A stretch of 64,000 bases of DNA from an uncultured Verrucomicrobiae bacterium (GTDB lineage Bacteria > Chlamydiota > Chlamydiia > Chlamydiales > Rhabdochlamydiaceae): positions 1 through 64,000 of the forward strand of contig CAWDYW010000003.1 of assembly GCA_963806855.1 (NCBI GenBank). Direction: 5' to 3'. The notes beneath the pieces were generated by a model. That model was not told where the DNA came from and ran no database searches. It saw nothing but the letters and a program-made list of their open reading frames with translations. Made by a program: the position numbers and the translations under genes. Of this stretch, positions 19,118 to 28,126 are shown piece after piece (positions within the stretch are counted from its first letter, which is position 1; each line of letters starts with the position of its first letter).

Positions 19118-20868
19118 TCATCGCACAGCGTCTACAAGAAATCGTAGAAGGGGCAATCGAAAGGGCTTATGGCGAAGCACTCGCTGATCAGCCCCAATTG
19201 CTTAAACCGGACATCACTCAATCAACGCAGCCGCAATTTGGCCATTATCAATGCAATAATGCGCTCAAGCTTGGCAAAATGCTAAAAATGGATCCTCGTC
19301 AAGTCGCGCAGGAGATCATTGCTGAACTAAATGGCGATGCAACGATCATTCGTAAACTCGAGGTTGCAGGTCCCGGTTTCATCAATATCACGCTCAAGGC
19401 GGAGTTCTTAGAAGAGGAAATTGGAGCGCTGCTAAAAAGTGACCATTGTGGCGTCCCTCTTGCAAACGATAAGAAACGGGTCATTGTCGAATTCTCTTCA
19501 CCGAATATCGCTAAGGAGCTCCATGTAGGCCATTTGCGCTCGACAATTATCGGCGATGCGTTGGCCCGCCTATTTGAGTTTTTGGGATATGATGTTTTGC
19601 GGCTCAATCACATTGGCGATTGGGGAACGCAATTTGGGATGCTGATCGCCTACTTGAAAAAATTCGAACCTGGTTTCCTCACCGGTGAGAAGAAGGCCGA
19701 CTTGCCCCAGCTGATGGGTTGGTACCGTGAATCGAAAAAGGTTTTTGACGCTGACCCGAATTTCAAAAAACAGGCGCAGCTTGAAGTGGTCGCATTGCAA
19801 GGTGGCAATGAGGCGACGCTCGAGGCTTGGGAGATGATTTGCGACACTTCTCGAGAGGCTTTTAAAGAAATTTACAAGTTGCTCGATATTAAAATTGTCG
19901 AACGGGGAGAATCGTTTTACAATCCTTTTCTTCCTGAAGTAGTTGCTGATCTTGATCGTAAGGGGCTGATTACCCTTTCGGATGGGGCTAAATGTGTTTT
20001 TCTCGATGGATTTATTTCCCGCGATGGGACTCCCCAGCCGATGATCGTCCAAAAGTCGGATGGGGGCTATAACTACGACACGACCGATATGGCGGCGATG
20101 CGTCACCGGATTGAGATCGAAGGGGCCGATCGGATCATCATTGTCACAGATGCGGGGCAGAGTCTCCATTTTCAGATGATCGAAAAGACGTGCGAAAAAG
20201 CTGGTTATCTCGATCCGCATCAGGTCCGCTTCGACCATGTCCCTTTTGGAGTGGTTTTGGGAGCTGATGGGAAGAAGTTCAAGACTCGCTCTGGCGAGAC
20301 TGAAAAGCTGATCGATCTGATCACTGAAGCGATCGACCAGGCGACTGCGATTTTTAAAGAGCGGCTGCCAGATGTCCCTGAGCAGGAAATTCAGCAGCTG
20401 GGGACGATTTTGGGTGTCGATGCGATCAAGTATGCCGATCTGGCTTCGCACCGGCTTAAAGATTATATGTTTAGCTATGAGCGGATGCTCCGGTTTGAGG
20501 GCAATACAGCTGCGTTTTTGCTCTACTCGTATGTCCGCATTCAGGGGATAAAACGAAAAGTAGGGAAAGAAATTGCCCCGCTTATCAAGACGACGTCGAT
20601 CGAGCTTTCAGAGGAGGGCGAGATCAATCTCGCGCTGCACCTGTGCCGCTTTGGCGAGACGCTGGAAGCGATGACGCGCGATCTGCTTCCCAATCGGCTT
20701 TGCGAGTATCTCTATGAGCTGGCTGAGAAGTTCAATGCCTTCTTCCGCGATTGTAGAGTCGAGGGTTCTGAAAAAGAAGATAGTCGACTCCTTTTGTGCG
20801 AGGCGGCCGGGCGCATTTTGGAGACGGGTCTCCATATTCTAGGCTTAAAAACACTTCCAAGAATGTAA
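19114..20868 (+). CDS. argS: Arginine--tRNA ligase
   Basis: FSSPNIAKELHVGHLRS, NHIGDWGTQFG, KFKTRSG. Confidence 0.98.
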   Translation: MIIAQRLQEIVEGAIERAYGEALADQPQLLKPDITQSTQPQFGHYQCNNALKLGKMLKMDPRQVAQEIIAELNGDATIIRKLEVAGPGFINITLKAEFLEEEIGALLKSDHCGVPLANDKKRVIVEFSSPNIAKELHVGHLRSTIIGDALARLFEFLGYDVLRLNHIGDWGTQFGMLIAYLKKFEPGFLTGEKKADLPQLMGWYRESKKVFDADPNFKKQAQLEVVALQGGNEATLEAWEMICDTSREAFKEIYKLLDIKIVERGESFYNPFLPEVVADLDRKGLITLSDGAKCVFLDGFISRDGTPQPMIVQKSDGGYNYDTTDMAAMRHRIEIEGADRIIIVTDAGQSLHFQMIEKTCEKAGYLDPHQVRFDHVPFGVVLGADGKKFKTRSGETEKLIDLITEAIDQATAIFKERLPDVPEQEIQQLGTILGVDAIKYADLASHRLKDYMFSYERMLRFEGNTAAFLLYSYVRIQGIKRKVGKEIAPLIKTTSIELSEEGEINLALHLCRFGETLEAMTRDLLPNRLCEYLYELAEKFNAFFRDCRVEGSEKEDSRLLLCEAAGRILETGLHILGLKTLPRM

Positions 20869-20910
20869 GCAAATACTATATCTAATGGAATAGACAACAA
20901 AGGATGTTCC

Positions 20911-21204
20911 ATGTCCAAAAAAAATATCACGTTGGCACTTTCCACTCTTGCTTTACTCAGTGCGTCTAGCATGCAGGCCGATGAACTTCTCGAATTTGAA
21001 GCCTTAGGAACTGGTGAGGAAATTAGAGCCGATATTCTTCCTGTTGCTGAGGAGCAAGAAGATGAAACTCCTGAGCAGCGTGCCGAAGAGCAAGAGGATG
21101 AAACTCCTGAACAGCGTAAGGCTAGAAAAAAGAAAGAAGCTGCAGAGAAGAAAAAAGGGACTAAATCGACCGAAGGGAAATGCGGCGAGGGTAAGTGCAG
21201 TTAA
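20911..21204 (+). CDS. Putative RiPP precursor, HvfA/EGKCG-type (MNIO substrate)
   Basis: Sec-type signal peptide, low-complexity charged linker, C-terminal EGKCGEGKCS containing the only two Cys; overlaps the start of the DUF692 gene. Confidence 0.85.
   Translation: MSKKNITLALSTLALLSASSMQADELLEFEALGTGEEIRADILPVAEEQEDETPEQRAEEQEDETPEQRKARKKKEAAEKKKGTKSTEGKCGEGKCS
21046..21117 (+). repeat. 2 x 36-bp in-frame tandem repeat (AEEQEDETPEQR x2)
   Basis: Units 21046-21081 and 21082-21117 differ at 4 positions, all synonymous third positions. Confidence 0.95.
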
Positions 21205-22022
21205 ATTCTACTATCGGAATCGGATTTCGAAAGGAGATTGCTGAAGAGACCTTAGCTCTTGGAAAAAATCAGATTGGTTTCCTAGAACTTGCTCCAGAAA
21301 ATTGGATGGGACTCGGCGGCAGACCGCGCCAGCTCCTCCTGCAGGCGATCGAAAAATATCCTCTCACCTGCCATGGGTTATCTCTATCGTTAGGTAGCCC
21401 AGAACCACTTGACCAGTGTTTTCTTCAAGAGCTGAAGCAGTTTTTCGCAGAGGTGCCAGTCCAACTCTATTCCGAGCACTTGAGCTATTGCAAATGTGGT
21501 AATGCCCATCTCTACGATCTGCTTCCAATGCCTTTTACAGAAGAGGCGATCACCCATGTCTGTGGACGGATTCGGCAAGCTCAGGACTTTCTGGAAAGGC
21601 CGATTGCAATTGAAAATATCTCCTATTATACGTCGACGGCTCCCCAAATGAGCGAGGCTGAATTTTTGACCAGAGTTGTCGAAGAGAGCGGCTGTTTGCT
21701 GTTATTGGATGTCAATAATGTCTATGTCAACTCCTTTAATCATGCTTATGACCCGTATGAGTTTTTACGCAATATCCCGCTTGAAAAAGTGGCCCATATC
21801 CATATCGCCGGGCATGAAAAAGTGGCCCCAGACCTCATTATCGATACCCATGCGGAAGCGATTAACGATCCTGTATATCAGCTGCTTGAGTGGACGTTGA
21901 ATCGGATTGACCCGGTGCCTATTTTGCTTGAAAGAGATGCAAAATTCGACGATTTTGCAGGATTGATCGGCGAAGTTGATGCCCTAAAAGCGATCGTGGA
22001 ACGAGTGTATGCTCTTAGATGA
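21195..22022 (+). CDS. DUF692 family multinuclear non-heme iron oxidative enzyme (MNIO, HvfB/BufB-like)
   Basis: ELAPENW, HGLSLSLG, SEHLS, ENISYY, LLDVNNVYVN, HIHIAGH, DTH and LERD all present. Confidence 0.95.
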   Translation: MQLNSTIGIGFRKEIAEETLALGKNQIGFLELAPENWMGLGGRPRQLLLQAIEKYPLTCHGLSLSLGSPEPLDQCFLQELKQFFAEVPVQLYSEHLSYCKCGNAHLYDLLPMPFTEEAITHVCGRIRQAQDFLERPIAIENISYYTSTAPQMSEAEFLTRVVEESGCLLLLDVNNVYVNSFNHAYDPYEFLRNIPLEKVAHIHIAGHEKVAPDLIIDTHAEAINDPVYQLLEWTLNRIDPVPILLERDAKFDDFAGLIGEVDALKAIVERVYALR

Positions 22023-22449
22023 TCGTGGTCGAAAAAAGTTTCTGCAGAGTCTGAAAAAAGCTTATCCCCTTACACACCATCTGCTAGAGGCCAAACAGTG
22101 GGATGAAATGGTCGATCAATTTTTGGCTGAGGTCCAGTGCACTTCTCCTTACTTTTGGAAGATGCCTGAGTTCTTCCTCCATTTTGCAAAAAAAAAGAAA
22201 TATTCGCTCCGCTATGACATTCCCTATTTGGATGATCTCTTAGACTTCGAATGGTTGGAAATTGAAATGTATATGATGCCCGATCAACCTGGAAAGGAAG
22301 ACCGTATCGTCATCTTTTCCTATCCAGTATTTGAAAAGAAACCATTGCCCCGCTCCATGAAAAAAGGGATCTATCCTCTTTATGCTTTTCGCCATCCGGA
22401 GAGTAAAGAGATTCACTTCAGCAGAGTGGTTTTAAAACATTCAGAATAA
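22009..22449 (+). CDS. DUF2063-type MNIO partner protein (HvfC/BufC-like), short
   Basis: LKKAYPLTHHLL...WDEMVDQF...SPYF...PYLDDLLDFEWLE pattern; overlaps the DUF692 stop. Confidence 0.8.
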   Translation: MLLDDRGRKKFLQSLKKAYPLTHHLLEAKQWDEMVDQFLAEVQCTSPYFWKMPEFFLHFAKKKKYSLRYDIPYLDDLLDFEWLEIEMYMMPDQPGKEDRIVIFSYPVFEKKPLPRSMKKGIYPLYAFRHPESKEIHFSRVVLKHSE

Positions 22450-23391
22450 AACTGTTTTATTCGTCTTTCCAGGGATCTCTGCAACATAGGTGGGGATAGC
22501 ATATCCGGGAAGGCGGCTGCGCAGCTCTTTGATCAGTTCTTTGCCCCGCTCTTCGGAGACCTCCATATGCGCCGATCCTTCCACTCGATCTAATTGGTGC
22601 AGGTAGTAGGGAATAATCCCATTGTGAATGCATCGCTCCAGTAGCGCTTTCAATGTGTCGCAGTTGTCATTGACCCCTTTTAGTAGGACGGCTTGAAGCA
22701 GAATGGGAATGCCCAGTTTCTGAATCGATTTAAGAGCAGAGAGAACCTCTTCGTCAAGTTCTTTGGGGTGATTGGAGTGAAGGATGAATACGATCTGTTT
22801 TGGGCAATTCTGCAAGAGCTGTAAGAAAGGCTCGTCAATCCGTTCGGGGATGCCAATTGGAAAGCGGCTATGAAAGCGGATGATCTTCACATGTTCAATC
22901 GCATTTAAGCGATTAAAGATTTGTTCCAAATCGGGAGTGCTGAGCGAAAGAGGATCGCCGCCACTTAGAATAATCTCGTGAAGAGAGGAGTCGGCTTGAA
23001 TATGGGCAATCTCTTCATCAAAGAGGCTCCTTTGTTGATAATCGAAGTTTTTTCGGAAGCAGAAGCGGCAGTTCATCGCGCAAGTCGAGGTGGTCAGCAG
23101 CAAGGCTCGCCCTTCATATTTCTGCAGAAGTTTTTTACTATGACAAAAGGAGGCGTCTTGGACGGGGTCATCGACAAAACCTGGCACAGAACAGTGCTCT
23201 TCGGCCAGAGGAACAAATTGGCGCAAGAGAGGATCATTAAGGTCATTTTTGCCGATTTTATTTGCGATGCGGCGGGGAACATTGAGTGGAAAACGAGGGT
23301 TTTGACTCAGTTTGGAGGGGTCGATCTGCAGAAAGTCAGCTAAAGTGGATAATTGACGAAAATTAGTTCTTAGAATTTGTCTCCAGAGCAT
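22441..23391 (-). CDS. epmB: KamA-family radical SAM enzyme (EpmB-like lysine 2,3-aminomutase)
   Basis: DPLLRQ, CAMNCRFCFRK, SGGDPL, HSNHP, PYYLHQLD. Confidence 0.85.
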   Translation of the reverse strand: MLWRQILRTNFRQLSTLADFLQIDPSKLSQNPRFPLNVPRRIANKIGKNDLNDPLLRQFVPLAEEHCSVPGFVDDPVQDASFCHSKKLLQKYEGRALLLTTSTCAMNCRFCFRKNFDYQQRSLFDEEIAHIQADSSLHEIILSGGDPLSLSTPDLEQIFNRLNAIEHVKIIRFHSRFPIGIPERIDEPFLQLLQNCPKQIVFILHSNHPKELDEEVLSALKSIQKLGIPILLQAVLLKGVNDNCDTLKALLERCIHNGIIPYYLHQLDRVEGSAHMEVSEERGKELIKELRSRLPGYAIPTYVAEIPGKTNKTVLF

Positions 23392-23467
23392 AGGGATTCA
23401 ATCATAATGGAAAAAACGGTTGATTTCAATAGAGAATTTTTATAAGAAAGGATTAAAAGGAGTTTTT

Positions 23468-23758
23468 ATGAAATCAAAATGGATTTTGTTGCTTTTAGTT
23501 TTAACGGCAATGCTCAGTAGTTGTGGTGAAAAAAAAGTTCCTTGCGCCGGCAAAGAACAATGTCTCAATGATCCCAACTGCCTTTGTTGGTGTTCCCAAA
23601 TCTGCAATTGGAGAAAGAAGACAGCCGAGGATCATCCCGTTTATATTGAAAATGACCCTAATGGGAAACATTGCTATTGCAAACAGTGGGACTACGACCA
23701 CTATGAAGACAACTGCATTCTTCATAAGGGCGTTAAAGAACCCAAAGACGCTAAATAG
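23468..23758 (+). CDS. Small cysteine-rich lipoprotein
   Basis: AAGGAG SD, lipobox LSSC, 10 Cys in 96 aa. Confidence 0.8.
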   Translation: MKSKWILLLLVLTAMLSSCGEKKVPCAGKEQCLNDPNCLCWCSQICNWRKKTAEDHPVYIENDPNGKHCYCKQWDYDHYEDNCILHKGVKEPKDAK

Positions 23759-25109
23759 TCTGTAAAATTGCTTTTTCAGCCTTGACCCTTTGGATCTGGG
23801 CCCCAAGGGCTTCCAGCTTGCCTGTCAAGTTTTCATAGCCCCGATCCAAGTAATGGAGCCCGGAGATGGTGCTCTCTCCTTCGGCGATCAGAGCTGCGAG
23901 AACATAAGCAAAGCCGGCCCGCAGGTCTGGGACGACGATGTCTTTGGCGATGAGGGGCGTGGGCCCTTTGATGATGATGCTGTGTTCAAAATTTTTAGAG
24001 GCAAAACGGCACTCTTTTCCCCCCAAGCAGTGGGTGAAGAGCTCGATGTCGGCTCCCATTTGTTTGAGGGTCTTAGCGTAGCCGAAGCGGTTTTCATAGA
24101 TGGTCTCATGGATGATCGAGATCCCATGGGCTTGGGTCATCAAGACGACAAATGGCTGCTGCCAATCAGTCAAGAAGCCGGGGTGGACGTCGGTTTCAAT
24201 ATGGAGCCCCCCTTTGAGTGGCCCTTGATAGAAAAACTCGATCCCATTTTTTTTGACCTCGAAGCCGCCCCCAAGCTTGCGGAGCTTGATCAGGAAGGAA
24301 ATCATATCTTGATGCTGAGCCCCCTCGACGAAGACTCTTCCTTGGGTGCTGATCGCTGCCATCCCAAACGAGGCTGCCTCGATCCGGTCGGTGAGTACGG
24401 TGTGCTGCACCTCTAGGAATTGGGTGGTCTCTTCAATCCGAATAGTCCGATCGACATCGACAAAAATGATCGCCCCGAGCTTTTGCAAGAAGAGGATCAG
24501 GTCGATGATTTCTGGCTCAATCGCTGCATTTTTGATGACGGTGGTCCCTTTAGCCCGGATCGCCGCCATGATGGTATTTTCGGTGGCTCCGACAGAGGGG
24601 AATGGAAGCTCGATGAAAGTCCCTTTTAAGCCGTGGGGAGCTTGTGCGAAATAGGCCCCTTCACGCTTCATTTCCCGGTACTCGATATTGGCGCCCAATT
24701 TCTTTAGGGCCTCAATATGGAAATCGATGGGACGTGGTCCAATTTTACAGCCGCCTGCAGTGGGGACGATGATCGCCTCATCTGTTCGGCCTAGCAGGGC
24801 GCCGATCATGAGGATGGGGATCCGGTTTGCGCCTGAAAATCGCTGTGGAATATAGGAGGTTTTGAGCTCTTTAGTCTGGATCTCCAAGATGCCGCCGTTT
24901 CGATCCCAGCTGATCTCGCTGCCGATTTCTTGGCAAAGATCAACGGTGATTTCGACCTCTTGGATGTTGGGAACGTTGTAGAAAATACATTTTTTGTCAC
25001 ATAGAAGCGAGGCAACTAGCAGTTTCGTGATCGAGTTTTTTGCCCCTGCTGCCCGAACGGTCCCCTCGAGAGGAACCCCTCCTGAAATTTTCATTACTTC
25101 CTGTGTCAT
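23751..25109 (-). CDS. murA: UDP-N-acetylglucosamine 1-carboxyvinyltransferase
   Basis: GAKN, GGCKIGPRPID, SVGATEN, DRIEA, PDLRAG. Confidence 0.97.
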   Translation of the reverse strand: MTQEVMKISGGVPLEGTVRAAGAKNSITKLLVASLLCDKKCIFYNVPNIQEVEITVDLCQEIGSEISWDRNGGILEIQTKELKTSYIPQRFSGANRIPILMIGALLGRTDEAIIVPTAGGCKIGPRPIDFHIEALKKLGANIEYREMKREGAYFAQAPHGLKGTFIELPFPSVGATENTIMAAIRAKGTTVIKNAAIEPEIIDLILFLQKLGAIIFVDVDRTIRIEETTQFLEVQHTVLTDRIEAASFGMAAISTQGRVFVEGAQHQDMISFLIKLRKLGGGFEVKKNGIEFFYQGPLKGGLHIETDVHPGFLTDWQQPFVVLMTQAHGISIIHETIYENRFGYAKTLKQMGADIELFTHCLGGKECRFASKNFEHSIIIKGPTPLIAKDIVVPDLRAGFAYVLAALIAEGESTISGLHYLDRGYENLTGKLEALGAQIQRVKAEKAILQTI

Positions 25110-25116
25110 GTGCTCA

Positions 25117-26076
25117 TTATCCAGATCTAATTATAATTTGTCTTGAAAATTTCACTTGGTCAATCTTAGTGGGAAGTGGACCTGGATCTTTTGTCGAAAC
25201 ATAGGCCATTTCGACGGTTTGATTTGGGTAATGTTTTTGCTGGAGCATTAGCGCCGCCCATCCCATCGTTTTGCGGGCGTTGATTTCGACGATCGGTTGG
25301 AGTTGGCGATCGCCATAGATCATCGCATCAAAGCCCACCTCTCCAAAATAGCCCCACTCGGCCATCTCCTTCAGCACTTCCATAGCTTTTGTTTTCTGTG
25401 CATCGATAAAAGGGGCCCACTGCTCTTCCCATTTTCTGTCGCCGACAATATTGCTTTGATGTGCGCCCGAGGGGGTTGTCTTGCATAATGTCACTCCTAA
25501 AAAGGCGACATCTCCATTGAGCTCGATTTTCCACTGCGTACTAAAGTCGAAGGTCCGCTCGACCCAAGGCTCGGAGATCAGCGGGAGGCCTAGGTCCCAC
25601 TGCTCTTGGCAAAAGGCTTTGACTTTTGGACTACTTGCAAACAGATGTCCCCTCCCGGCAGTTCCAAAACAGGTTTTTAGCACCGTATTAGGTGGAATTT
25701 TGTCCCCCGGATAGATCAATTTTCCTCCCGGCAAGGGACTCTTAGAAAAACTATAGGCTTTCGAGTTAACCATTTTGACCACATCCCAGTTGGGGATTTC
25801 ATAGTTGATTCCCCTCTTATCTGCCCAAGTTTTCGCCAGGCGCGAATGGCCCCAGAGTTCGAGCCGCTCAAAAGGGGGATGCTCGCTCAATAAATGAAAA
25901 TTCCCCATCCCGGCTTTTTCAGTCACCAAGATCCCATCACCTACGTCGGCGTAAAGGAGAGGTAAATATTGGAGCTGAAGAAAGATCGGATTGTCAGCAA
26001 AAGCCTCCTCCAATGACCGAAAGTGTCCAGAGAGCTCCCACTCAAAAAAGGTATTGCACAGATGGAGGATTGACAT
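25117..26076 (-). CDS. ATP-grasp fold hypothetical protein
   Basis: VLKTCFGTAGRG, EPWVER, GEVGFDAM, VEINARKTMG. Confidence 0.7.
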   Translation of the reverse strand: MSILHLCNTFFEWELSGHFRSLEEAFADNPIFLQLQYLPLLYADVGDGILVTEKAGMGNFHLLSEHPPFERLELWGHSRLAKTWADKRGINYEIPNWDVVKMVNSKAYSFSKSPLPGGKLIYPGDKIPPNTVLKTCFGTAGRGHLFASSPKVKAFCQEQWDLGLPLISEPWVERTFDFSTQWKIELNGDVAFLGVTLCKTTPSGAHQSNIVGDRKWEEQWAPFIDAQKTKAMEVLKEMAEWGYFGEVGFDAMIYGDRQLQPIVEINARKTMGWAALMLQQKHYPNQTVEMAYVSTKDPGPLPTKIDQVKFSRQIIIRSG

Positions 26077-26098
26077 TCAGTTTTTCTTCATTCAAAAT
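26070..26098 (+). promoter_or_regulatory. Candidate sigma66 promoter for ddl-ispF
   Basis: TTGACA-17bp-CAAAAT; the -35 box overlaps the start codon of the divergent ATP-grasp gene. Confidence 0.45.
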
Positions 26099-26105
26099 GG
26101 TTAAT

Positions 26106-27188
26106 ATGCGTAAAAAAATTAAAATCGGCATTCTCTTTGGAGGCAAATCAGTCGAGCATGAAGTCTCCTTGCAATCTGCTCGCAACGTCATCGAATCTCT
26201 CGACCGTGAGAAGTATACCGTTACTTTAATCGGCATCGATAAAAAAGGCCAGTGGGATTACTACCACGAGCGGGATTATCTGATCAACCCTACCGATCCC
26301 GAAGCGATCCAGCTCGGCGCAAAGAAAGGGGCTGTCGATCTATTTGAACTTCGCTCTACATTAGACGTCGTTTTCCCCGTCCTGCATGGCTATCTAGGCG
26401 AAGATGGTGCGATTCAAGGCTTGATGAAAGTGCTCGATCTTCCCTACGTCGGCGCTGATGTGCTCGGCTCGGCTATCGGGATGGATAAAGATGTGATGAA
26501 GCGGCTGCTCCGTGAAGCTGGAGTGCCAGTTGCTAAATTCCTCACGCTGCATAAACATGAGCGGCATCTGTGGCCCCGCGAGAGAATTATCGATCTGATG
26601 CCACTACCGCTCTTTGTCAAACCCTCCAATGGGGGCTCTTCGATTGGGATTAGCAAAGTAAAAGAGATTTGGGAATTGGAACCCGCGATCTCAGCTGCTT
26701 TTCAATACGATAGAAAAGTGATCATCGAAGAGGCAATCGATGGGCATGAGATCCAATTTTCTCTCATCGGGAATGAAAACCCAACTATCTCCCTACCTTG
26801 CAAAATCATTCCAAAAGGTGATTTCCACTCCTACTCTTCCAAGTACATTGATAAGCAAGGCGCCGAGTTCATCATCCCTGTCCAACTGGAACCTGATACC
26901 CTCATCGCTCTGCAGCGGATCGCCCTTAAAGGCTATCGGACTCTTTGCTGCGAAGGGATGGCCCGTGTCGACCTCTTTTTAAAACATGATGGGGAGATCA
27001 TCCTAAACGAACTCAACACCATTCCTGGACTCACCAGCATGAGCCCCTACAGCAAAATGTGGCAAGTGAGCGGCGTTCCGTACCCTGAGTTTCTCGATCG
27101 GGTCATCGAATATGCCTTCGACCGATACAACAAGGAAAATGAGTTGGTGCGTGAAATTTCTCTCAAAGAACAATGGATAAAGCAGTGA
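26106..27188 (+). CDS. ddl: D-alanine--D-alanine ligase (stand-alone)
   Basis: [40 protein letters not shown]. Confidence 0.93.
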   Translation: MRKKIKIGILFGGKSVEHEVSLQSARNVIESLDREKYTVTLIGIDKKGQWDYYHERDYLINPTDPEAIQLGAKKGAVDLFELRSTLDVVFPVLHGYLGEDGAIQGLMKVLDLPYVGADVLGSAIGMDKDVMKRLLREAGVPVAKFLTLHKHERHLWPRERIIDLMPLPLFVKPSNGGSSIGISKVKEIWELEPAISAAFQYDRKVIIEEAIDGHEIQFSLIGNENPTISLPCKIIPKGDFHSYSSKYIDKQGAEFIIPVQLEPDTLIALQRIALKGYRTLCCEGMARVDLFLKHDGEIILNELNTIPGLTSMSPYSKMWQVSGVPYPEFLDRVIEYAFDRYNKENELVREISLKEQWIKQ

Positions 27189-27673
27189 AATTTCGTGTCG
27201 GAATCGGTCAAGATAGTCACCGCTTCCTCCCCGATGATTCCTCAAAGTTGTGCATCCTTGGGGGTGTAATTTTCGATAACGTGCCCGGCCTTGCTGCAGA
27301 CTCTGATGGCGACGTGATCTTCCATGCGATCTGCAATGCCATTACCTCTGTGACCGGCGTCCCGATCCTAGGGGGAATTGCGATGGAGCTCTGTCGCAAA
27401 GATGGGATCACCGATAGTCAAGTCTATCTCCAAAAAGCCCTCGAGACGCTTCAAACACAGAAGATTCAGCATATCGCGCTCACTGTAGAAGGAAAGAGAC
27501 CGAGAATGCAGCCACGCATCGACGAAATCCGGCACAATGTGGCCCGAGTGATGCATTTAGAGTTTTCGCAGATCGGCCTCACTGTCACGTCTGGCGATGG
27601 CTTGACCGACTTCGGCTGCGGTGACGGGTTGCAATGCTTCTGCAGCCTGACGACGATGGACGAAATGGTATGA
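27173..27673 (+). CDS. ispF: 2-C-methyl-D-erythritol 2,4-cyclodiphosphate synthase
   Basis: [24 protein letters not shown]. Confidence 0.92.
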   Translation: MDKAVKFRVGIGQDSHRFLPDDSSKLCILGGVIFDNVPGLAADSDGDVIFHAICNAITSVTGVPILGGIAMELCRKDGITDSQVYLQKALETLQTQKIQHIALTVEGKRPRMQPRIDEIRHNVARVMHLEFSQIGLTVTSGDGLTDFGCGDGLQCFCSLTTMDEMV

Positions 27674-27844
27674 TAATGAGTGATGAAAGAAGAGTCTTCG
27701 AAGAAGTGTACTCAATGTCAGACTGATTCTTGGCCTTGTCCTGAGGGTTGATAACACCAGGTCGAGGAGGCCAAGTCTCAAAATAAGTTGGAATTGCACT
27801 TTATGACATTGAGCACATTGTGATCATCTGAGTTATACCCCGAC

Positions 27845-28051
27845 TTATAGAAAGACTTTTTTAAAGGCTGCCCTAGCTGAGCTGAGTTCTTGGAAGAAGT
27901 TGCCCATAGAGGGATCTACTTCTTGGGGAACTGCAGGGGTTGTAATAAGTCTTTGGTTTTTTGATAACCTTTGATTTTTAGGACCTCTATCTTCAGGTTC
28001 AAATTTTGGTACTTCTACCATGCTTGGTGAAAGGGTTGTTGGTTGTGACAT
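27845..28051 (-). CDS. Small hypothetical protein (68 aa)
   Basis: AAGGAG 9 nt upstream of the ATG; S/T/P-rich N-terminus; KNQRL x2. Confidence 0.55.
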   Translation of the reverse strand: MSQPTTLSPSMVEVPKFEPEDRGPKNQRLSKNQRLITTPAVPQEVDPSMGNFFQELSSARAAFKKVFL

Positions 28052-28126
28052 ATTAATTATCTCCTTATGTTTTGTGAATTATAAGTTTAATTATACATAA
28101 TTAATAATTAATTGTCAATAATTTTA

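Noticed and set aside
19570..20451. Long antisense ORFs (293 aa here; also 30266-31129 and 23790-24416)
   Set aside because: They lie opposite well-conserved argS, gltX and murA, as typical shadow frames do.
22441..23391. Radical SAM gene as a tailoring enzyme of the RiPP locus
   Set aside because: It is on the opposite strand with clear KamA/EpmB motifs and no SPASM or RRE features; adjacency alone is not evidence.
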